Source: an uncultured Candidatus Binatia bacterium (GTDB lineage Bacteria; Desulfobacterota; Binatia; UBA9968; JAJDTQ01). Taken from it: a stretch of 64,000 bases of DNA. Every line of letters starts with the position of its first letter. The stretch's first letter is position 1. Both the position numbers and the translations under genes were made by a program. The stretch lies in contig OZ244070.1 in the NCBI GenBank assembly GCA_965215605.1, positions 2,144,001 through 2,208,000 on the forward strand, written 5' to 3'. Below, in pieces: positions 57,689 through 64,000 of the stretch. The notes beneath the pieces were generated by a model that did not search any database, was not told where the DNA came from, and saw only the letters and a list, made by a program, of their open reading frames with translations.

Positions 57689-58531
57689 ATGAGACAGGAC
57701 TCGAACGGGAAAACCGCACAAACCGCATGGCGCGCCGCCCTTGCCGGCGTCGTGCTGGCCGCTGCCCTTGTCGCAGCCGGCCCCGCCCGCGCCCAGAACG
57801 CGCAGGACGGCCCGACGCGGGCCGAGTGCCTTGACGCGTGGGGCGAGAGCGACGCCTCCGCGCATTGCCCATTTTCCAGCAACCAGTTCTGGATGACGGC
57901 GTCGAACGGAGAGTGCAGCGTCACGACCAGGTGCCGGAAATCGGATGGCTGGGCATCGCATATGCAAACCGTCACCGGCGATCTGGATGACATGCGCGAT
58001 CTGGTGAGTTGCAACGGCGTGCTCAAAGTCAGCTCCTGCCTCTCCGCTGCCGAACAAACCGCTTTGGCGACAGCCTGCGAGGAGGCGTGGGACGACAGCG
58101 ATGCCAGCCAGAAATGCGGTTCGTCCTACGGATCCCACAGCGTGTCGATATCAGGCCAGCAGTGTCAGGTCTCGACCTCCTGCGGGACCCTGGCGGTGGC
58201 AGCGTCCTTCTACGGATCGCCCGACGATGTGAAACAGCTCGATTACTGCAACAGCGAGTTGTCCACCTCTTGCCCCATCCCCGTAACGCTCGAGAACTGC
58301 AAGAGCGCCTGGAATGCGAGCGATGCCAGCGATACCTGTAACGTTACAGGATATGCCGATACCAGGCCGGTCGCGGTGGATTCGGGACAATGCACCATGA
58401 GGGCCAGGTGCAGAAGATGGAGCCCACGGTGGGTCGGCGAGGTCTCTCCGGGGTATAGCGATTTCAAGGGGAGTGTCGAACAGGTGGAAGCCCTCAAGAA
58501 TTGCGACGGGCGCCTCAAGACATCCTGCTGA
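57689..58531 (+). CDS. Secreted Cys-rich protein, 3 x 6-Cys modules (paralog 3)
   Basis: Near-identical to paralog 2 over long tracts; leader shared with the Calx-beta gene at 55254. Confidence 0.85.
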   Translation: MRQDSNGKTAQTAWRAALAGVVLAAALVAAGPARAQNAQDGPTRAECLDAWGESDASAHCPFSSNQFWMTASNGECSVTTRCRKSDGWASHMQTVTGDLDDMRDLVSCNGVLKVSSCLSAAEQTALATACEEAWDDSDASQKCGSSYGSHSVSISGQQCQVSTSCGTLAVAASFYGSPDDVKQLDYCNSELSTSCPIPVTLENCKSAWNASDASDTCNVTGYADTRPVAVDSGQCTMRARCRRWSPRWVGEVSPGYSDFKGSVEQVEALKNCDGRLKTSC

Positions 58532-58604
58532 GTTCCCGGTTTCGCGGGTCGCATGACATCGATCCGGGCGCGGGGCCTCTTCGGCCCGGCGCCCCGGCGG
58601 CTTC

Positions 58605-59804
58605 CTACTTGCCCTGGAGTCCGGCGATGGGATCGAGCCTGGATGCCTGGTGGGCGGGCTGGAACCCGAAGAACAGGCCGACCGCCACCGCCGTGCCGAG
58701 GCCGCTGGCCACGGAGAGCCCCGAGATCAGGAAGTCCCAATCGGTGAAGCGGCAGATCGTCCAGGTTGCCGCCAGGCCGAGCGCCACGCCAAGCACGCCA
58801 CCGGCGACTGTCAGGATGACGGATTCGATGAGAAACTGGCTCCTTATGTCCCGTTGCCGCGCGCCCAGGGCCCGGCGGATGGCGATTTCCGCGCGCCGCT
58901 CGGCCACGGACACGAGCATGATGTTCATGATCCCGATCCCGCCGACGATCAGCGAGATGCTGCCCACCGCGCCCAGCAACAAGGTGAAAATGCCCATCTG
59001 CGCCTCCATCCGGGCGATCAGCTCCTTCGCGGTGACGATATCGACGCCGAGATCGGGCGCGCGCTCGCGGAAATAGGACCGGACGTCCTCCACCGCCGCC
59101 TCGTAATGGACGCCGACGCCGGATCGGGCGACGATGACCTCGATTCCGGGGTCGGGGGCGATCCGCTGCGCCGTGGTTATCGGGACGAATATGGATTTGT
59201 CCGCGTTCACCTGGAACGGCAGTGCATAGCTCTCCCTCTTTCTGTCCAGCACGCCCACAATGGTGAAGAGAACCTCATCGACCTCGATGAGCGCCCCCAG
59301 AAGGCGGTCCGCCCCCTCCGCGCGCATTTTCTCCGCGACTTCGGCGCCGATGACGCACCAGTATCTGTCGGTATCCAGGTTCGAAACGAACCGGCCCTCT
59401 TGCAGCGTCAGCTTGTTCACGCTCGCGAAGGATCGGGTGACGCCCTGAACCGCGCCCCGCCCGACCTCCCGGCCGGCGAAGCGGAACGTCCCGCGCCCCG
59501 ATATCCTGGGCGCCGCCTCGACGATCGACGGGACCACCGCCGCCAGTTGCAGGGCGTCCGGGAGGCCAATCACGGCCCTTCCACCAGCATCCGACTTGCG
59601 GATGACAACGATGTCGGTGCCGAGCGCCTCGAATTGCTTGCGGGCCTGCCCCTTGGCGATCTCGCCGAGCGAGACCATCGCAATGACCGAGGAGATGCCG
59701 ATCATGACGCCGACCAGGCCCAGCACCGTGCGCAGCCTCGCCCGGCGCAGGCTGTTGGCCGCCTCGCGGGCATTGGCCGCAATGACCTGGAAGGTTCTCG
59801 ACAT
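58605..59804 (-). CDS. MacB/FtsX-like ABC permease
   Basis: RTVLGLVGVMIGISSVIAMVSLG, GGIGIMNIMLVSVAERRAEIAIRRALGA, PAHQASRLDPI. Confidence 0.92.
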   Translation of the reverse strand: MSRTFQVIAANAREAANSLRRARLRTVLGLVGVMIGISSVIAMVSLGEIAKGQARKQFEALGTDIVVIRKSDAGGRAVIGLPDALQLAAVVPSIVEAAPRISGRGTFRFAGREVGRGAVQGVTRSFASVNKLTLQEGRFVSNLDTDRYWCVIGAEVAEKMRAEGADRLLGALIEVDEVLFTIVGVLDRKRESYALPFQVNADKSIFVPITTAQRIAPDPGIEVIVARSGVGVHYEAAVEDVRSYFRERAPDLGVDIVTAKELIARMEAQMGIFTLLLGAVGSISLIVGGIGIMNIMLVSVAERRAEIAIRRALGARQRDIRSQFLIESVILTVAGGVLGVALGLAATWTICRFTDWDFLISGLSVASGLGTAVAVGLFFGFQPAHQASRLDPIAGLQGK

Positions 59805-59818
59805 GCCGGACGCCCGCG

Positions 59819-60523
59819 TCACGCCCCGGACGCCGCCGCGGCGCCGGGCCCGGCTCCTGGCTCGAAGAGCCTGCCGTCGCGAATGCGCGTCCGCCGCGCG
59901 CACTGGTCTGCCACCGACGGGTCGTGCGTGATAATCAGGATCGTGATGCCGCGCTCCTCGTTCAGCCGCCGTAGCAGCGCCATCACCTCGCGGGCCGTGT
60001 CGATATCCAGCGCACCGGTCGGCTCGTCGGCGAGCAGCAGCGCCGGCTTGCCCACCAGCGCCCGGGCGATGGCGACCCTCTGTTTCTGCCCACCGGAAAG
60101 CTGGTCCGGCCGGTGGCCGGTCCGGTCCGCCATACCGACGCGCTCCAGTATCTCCTGCGCGCGGCGGCGCATTTCCAGCCGCCCGGCACCCCGATAGACC
60201 AGCGGCAGGCAGACATTCTCCAATGCGGTCAGTTGCGGCAGCAGGTGGAAGGACTGGAACACGAAACCGATATGCCGGTTCCGGAGCGCGGACAGCTCGT
60301 TGTCGCGGAGCCCGGAGACATCGCGCCCGTCGAGGACACAGGCGCCCGAGGTCGGGCGGTCCAACAGACCGATAATGTTCATGAGGGTTGTCTTGCCGCT
60401 GCCCGAAGGTCCCATGATCGACATCAGGTCACCCGCATCGACCTCCAGATCGACGCCCCGCAGAACCTCGGTCGTGACCGGCCCGACCCGATAGGATCTG
60501 CGGATGTCGGTCAGCCTCAGCAT
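59819..60523 (-). CDS. MacB/LolD-like ABC ATPase
   Basis: GPSGSGKT, IGFVFQSFHL, LSGGQKQR, ADEPTGALD. Confidence 0.95.
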   Translation of the reverse strand: MLRLTDIRRSYRVGPVTTEVLRGVDLEVDAGDLMSIMGPSGSGKTTLMNIIGLLDRPTSGACVLDGRDVSGLRDNELSALRNRHIGFVFQSFHLLPQLTALENVCLPLVYRGAGRLEMRRRAQEILERVGMADRTGHRPDQLSGGQKQRVAIARALVGKPALLLADEPTGALDIDTAREVMALLRRLNEERGITILIITHDPSVADQCARRTRIRDGRLFEPGAGPGAAAASGA

Positions 60524-60566
60524 CCCGCCCGGCGCCTCCCTTCGGCGCCCCGGTCCCTGCTCCGGA

Positions 60567-62333
60567 TCATCGGACGAGGACGACCTTGTCGCCAGGCGAA
60601 AGGCCCTTCACCACCTCGACCGAATCGAGCGTGGTGAGGCCGAGTTCGACCGCGCGCCGCTCCGCGCCGCCGCCGTCGGCGAGGACACGCAGCCAAGCCT
60701 TGCCGTTCCCCTGTTCCACTGCGCCGATCGGCACCATCAGGGCCGCCGGGCGGTGGTGGACGACGATCGTGACATAGGCCGACATGCCGACCCGCAGCCG
60801 GTCACGCGCCTCCGTTCCCAGCCTGTCCAGCGTGACGACGACCTCGAATTGCGGCGCGCCGCGCCGTCGCGTTCTGAGATCCGCCCTCGGTGAGACACGG
60901 GTCACGGCGCCCGCGATCTGCAGGCCGGGAAATCCGGGGCCGGTAATCCAGGCCTGCTGGCCGGCCTCGACCTTCCTCACGTCCACCTCGTCCACGCTGG
61001 TGACGACGGAGAGGCGCTCCAGGTCCGCGATGCTCAGCATCAACTCTCCCTGTCCCACCGGCCTGCCCTTCGTCAGGGGCCGGGCCCTCGGGCCCTCCGC
61101 CGCCATGACGACCCCGGCGATCGGCGCCCGGACCCGCGCCAGGTCCAGCTTTTCCTCATGCACGCGCAGGCGGTCCTCGGCCGTCCGGGCCTCCAGACGC
61201 GCCACCCGCCGCGCTTCTTCGCCGCCCTTTGCCTTCACCGCCTCCAGCTCCCGCCGGGCCTCCTCGATATCCAGGGCCCGGTTCTGCCGCTGCCGCTGCG
61301 CATCTTCTTGCTGCGAGGCGGGAACGAGCCCCTGCTCCAGAAGGAAGGCGGTCCTGTCGAGATGCCGCTCCGCATCGTCGAACGCAATCTTCGCCCGCCG
61401 CAAGGCTTGGCGGGCGCGCGCCATGTCGGCGCTGTTCTCCCATTCCTCGAGCTCGACAAGCCGGTCGTGCGCCTTGATATGCTCGACTTGGGCACGCCTG
61501 TGGTCCGCGGCGAGCTGGCCCGTGTCGAGAGCGACCAGCGGATCGCCCGCCGCCACCCGATCCCCGGGGGCGGCATGCAATGCGCTTACATGGCTTTCGA
61601 TCGGGCTGACGATCTCGGCGACGCGGCCCGGTGCCAGATGGCCCCTGAGCGCGATGGTGGACCGGAATTCGCGGGGCTGCACCGTCACGGCCGGCAGCGC
61701 GCCTGGACCGCCGGCCTCCTCTACTCCCGGGCCGGCGTCCAGCGCCGCAGCGGCGCTGAACAGATCCAACGGCCGGACATACCAGGCGCCGATGGCGAGA
61801 AACACCACCATGACGAACAGCATCGCCGCGCCGCGCGCCGTGCGCACGCGCTTCGTCATCGCCAAAAGCGCTTCATTCCGAGCCTCGAGGTCGCGATAGG
61901 CGCTCTGGAGCTCACCGAGCTGCGTTTCGATGACCGCCGCCTGGCGCAGCTCCGTCTCGCGCAGCTCACGGACTTCGGTGATGTCGGAGACGACAACGAT
62001 CACCGCCACCCGCTCCTCTCCCACCATGAGGCAGGAGGTTGTGACGGACAGCGAGCGATGCGCCTCGCCGACCCGGACCCGCGTGACGCGCCGCGCGATG
62101 TCCCCGCGTTCGGCAACGGCGTCGAGGACAATCTGGGTGAACTCGTCGAAACCCTCGAACGCGATGAAGATCTGCCCGAAGGAACGCCCGGGCGCCTTAT
62201 CGGGGTCGAGCCCGAACATCCGGCAGAACGCGGCGTTGGCCATCCTGACCGCCCCGTCGAAACCGATGACGATCACCCCGTCGGACAGGTTCTCCAGAAG
62301 CGTGTGGTAAATGTCGGGGTCGCGGTCGGTCAT
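60567..62333 (-). CDS. PAS domain-periplasmic adaptor (MacA/HlyD-like) fusion
   Basis: LLENLSDGVIVIGFDGAVRMAN..F..MFG...VVSDITE PAS; coiled coil; TM; MFP motifs VRAPIAGVV, VDEVDV, LRVGMSA, GLSPGD. Confidence 0.85.
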   Translation of the reverse strand: MTDRDPDIYHTLLENLSDGVIVIGFDGAVRMANAAFCRMFGLDPDKAPGRSFGQIFIAFEGFDEFTQIVLDAVAERGDIARRVTRVRVGEAHRSLSVTTSCLMVGEERVAVIVVVSDITEVRELRETELRQAAVIETQLGELQSAYRDLEARNEALLAMTKRVRTARGAAMLFVMVVFLAIGAWYVRPLDLFSAAAALDAGPGVEEAGGPGALPAVTVQPREFRSTIALRGHLAPGRVAEIVSPIESHVSALHAAPGDRVAAGDPLVALDTGQLAADHRRAQVEHIKAHDRLVELEEWENSADMARARQALRRAKIAFDDAERHLDRTAFLLEQGLVPASQQEDAQRQRQNRALDIEEARRELEAVKAKGGEEARRVARLEARTAEDRLRVHEEKLDLARVRAPIAGVVMAAEGPRARPLTKGRPVGQGELMLSIADLERLSVVTSVDEVDVRKVEAGQQAWITGPGFPGLQIAGAVTRVSPRADLRTRRRGAPQFEVVVTLDRLGTEARDRLRVGMSAYVTIVVHHRPAALMVPIGAVEQGNGKAWLRVLADGGGAERRAVELGLTTLDSVEVVKGLSPGDKVVLVR

Positions 62334-63859
62334 TGCGGCGCCGCCTCAAGCCGGACGTCCCAGCGGTCCAGCACGCGTCCGGTGGTCCGGTCGAGCCGCG
62401 TCAGCGCAGCGAGCCAGGAGAGGATGGCGTCCGCTTCGGCCTGTTCCGCCTGGACCAGCTCTTCCTCGGCCGACGCCACCTCGAAGGTGGACGACAGGCC
62501 CTGGCCGAATTTTGCCTCCTCCACCGCCAGGTTCTGCTCCGCCAGTACGCGCGCGTCGCGCGCCAGTTCGGTCAGGCGGAGGCCCACCTCGACATCGTTC
62601 AGCGCCTGGCGCAGCGCCGTGCCGATCGACTCGCGCAATTCGACGACGCTTCTCTCCGCCTTCTTCAGCGCGTTGCGGGCCCTCAAGCGTGCGAGCTCAG
62701 GCGTCCGGTCGTTCAGCGGAACAGTGGCGTCTAACCGCACCTCACTATCCGGCCGGCCAGTGTCGCTATGCATCCACCGGAAGCTGAGAGCAACATCCGG
62801 CAACAGGTTGTTGCGGGCTACCGTCAACGCGATCCTGGCGGTCTCGACCCCGAGCCCGGCCTGGAGATAATCGACGCGGTTTTGCAGTGCTTCTTCGAGC
62901 GTCGGCGCAACGGCGGCGTCCTGCTGCCCGGCCTTCAACTCCTCCAGCGGACGGATGCGGATCCGGCTGTCAAGCTCCAGAATATCGATCAGGGCAAATT
63001 GCGCCGCTTCCAGGCGGTTCCGCGCCCGGACCAGCGCCAATTCCCGGGTGGCGATCGCCGCCTCGGACCGCCCCGCTTCGCGCTCGGCCACGCGCCCCGC
63101 GCCGATCAGCGCGCGCGTCGCCTCAAGCTGTTCGCGGGCGCGCTGCAATGAAGCTTCGCCGATTTCCACTTGCCGCACCGCGCCGATCAGCGCGCGATAC
63201 GCCCCGATCACGGCGACGACCAGATCCGCCGCAGTCTGGCGGAAGGCGAGGATGTCGATCCGTTCTTTCAGCCGCGCCTGCCGCACCGTTGCACTGTCGA
63301 TATCGGCCCAAGCGCCTTTCAGCAATGGCTGGGAAAAGCTGAAGGTTTGCGAACCGGCATCGTCGAACTTCCTCGACAGCCTTTCGTCCCAGCCGAGCGC
63401 GAACGCGCCGCCGGTGGGAACGCGCAGGCTCATCCGAGCGCCGAAGCCCGCCTTGTCGTCTTGCCGGTCCCTGCTCGCGAAGGGGCCGACGGTAACCTGA
63501 GGACTCCAGCGCTCCTCGGCCACATCCAGCGAAAACCTCTGCACTTCCCGGTCGAGCCGGCTGTTGAGAAGCGGCCGGTTGCGCGCCAGCGCCAGCCCGA
63601 TCGCGTCGCGCAGCGTCAGGTCGCAAACACTCGCGGCGCAGCCAGGGGGATCGTCCGCCGTCGCGGGCGTCTGGGCGGCCGCGGGGACCAGTGCCAAAAA
63701 GCACAGAACCGAGACGATTGCGAGGAAAAGCCCCGTCAGTCCCGGCGATGAGGCAAATGCAGTCGAAGCCCGGACGCGGCCCGCCGCCCCCGGTTGCCCG
63801 GACGATCCAACCGGCCTTGCCCAAGCTGTCGTGCGACGAACCTCAACTCCGTCGATCAC
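62330..63859 (-). CDS. TolC family outer membrane protein
   Basis: LTLRDAIGLALARN, FSQPLLKG, LLPDV, E..KF..GLSSTFEV; start uncertain (GTG 63859, frame open to 63988). Confidence 0.88.
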   Translation of the reverse strand: MIDGVEVRRTTAWARPVGSSGQPGAAGRVRASTAFASSPGLTGLFLAIVSVLCFLALVPAAAQTPATADDPPGCAASVCDLTLRDAIGLALARNRPLLNSRLDREVQRFSLDVAEERWSPQVTVGPFASRDRQDDKAGFGARMSLRVPTGGAFALGWDERLSRKFDDAGSQTFSFSQPLLKGAWADIDSATVRQARLKERIDILAFRQTAADLVVAVIGAYRALIGAVRQVEIGEASLQRAREQLEATRALIGAGRVAEREAGRSEAAIATRELALVRARNRLEAAQFALIDILELDSRIRIRPLEELKAGQQDAAVAPTLEEALQNRVDYLQAGLGVETARIALTVARNNLLPDVALSFRWMHSDTGRPDSEVRLDATVPLNDRTPELARLRARNALKKAERSVVELRESIGTALRQALNDVEVGLRLTELARDARVLAEQNLAVEEAKFGQGLSSTFEVASAEEELVQAEQAEADAILSWLAALTRLDRTTGRVLDRWDVRLEAAPQ

Positions 63860-64000
63860 GTCCCCCTCTGCGAGCCTCCAGTGACAGGCGAGATCAGTTC
63901 CCCAGCATCCCGCCTCCAGCAAATACCCGATTTCAGCGGGGCATGTCAATGTCAGCCCAGATCGTGTGAAAACTCGACGTCCCATCAACGGAAGCGTTCG

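Larger units (their letters stand above)
56636..58564 (+). repeat. Conserved 3' element after each Cys-rich gene (56636-56676, 57641-57654, 58534-58564)
   Basis: tcccggtttcgcgg(gtcgcatgacatcgatc). Confidence 0.75.

Noticed and set aside
55806-58531. RiPP precursors or multiheme cytochromes
   Set aside because: Proteins are about 280 aa with Sec signals, have no CxxCH, and no modifying enzymes or C39 peptidase are adjacent.
55806-58564. CRISPR array, integron cassettes or DGR explaining the repeats
   Set aside because: The repeats are coding paralogs; there is no repeat-spacer periodicity, no attC GTTRRRY/RYYYAAC ends, no integrase or reverse transcriptase, and variation is not adenine-specific.

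Overview
High-GC bacterial chromosomal segment with no rRNA, tRNA, CRISPR array, transposase or integrase visible. Most of it is heterotrophic catabolism and transport: a heterodimeric ABC exporter, Opp/Dpp permeases, RND pump, TTT transporter, MFS, DMT, an xanthine-dehydrogenase-family Mo-hydroxylase, acyl-CoA ligase, enolase, UbiD, LLM oxidoreductase, and M20/M24 hydrolases. Small defence/toxin-antitoxin patches are interspersed, partly decayed: higB remnant + HigA-ImmA, VapBC, a TM0106 nuclease-helicase, AbiEi + truncated AbiEii joined to an hsdS fragment, XRE-ImmA + PIN-like, PIN + HicB-like, and a GmrSD-like gene. Two things are hidden from the ORF track: a selenoprotein GrdA (in-frame UGA plus SECIS-like hairpin) downstream of grdC, and the higB remnant. 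The most unusual locus is 54.6-63.9 kb. It holds two secreted single Calx-beta proteins and three tandem paralogous secreted proteins, each built from three 6-Cys modules with shuffled leaders and variable loops. These face a TolC/MacAB-type exporter whose adaptor carries a cytoplasmic PAS domain. The gene content is reminiscent of marine host-associated (e.g. sponge) bacteria, but that is inference only. All family calls come from motif recognition, not database searches.
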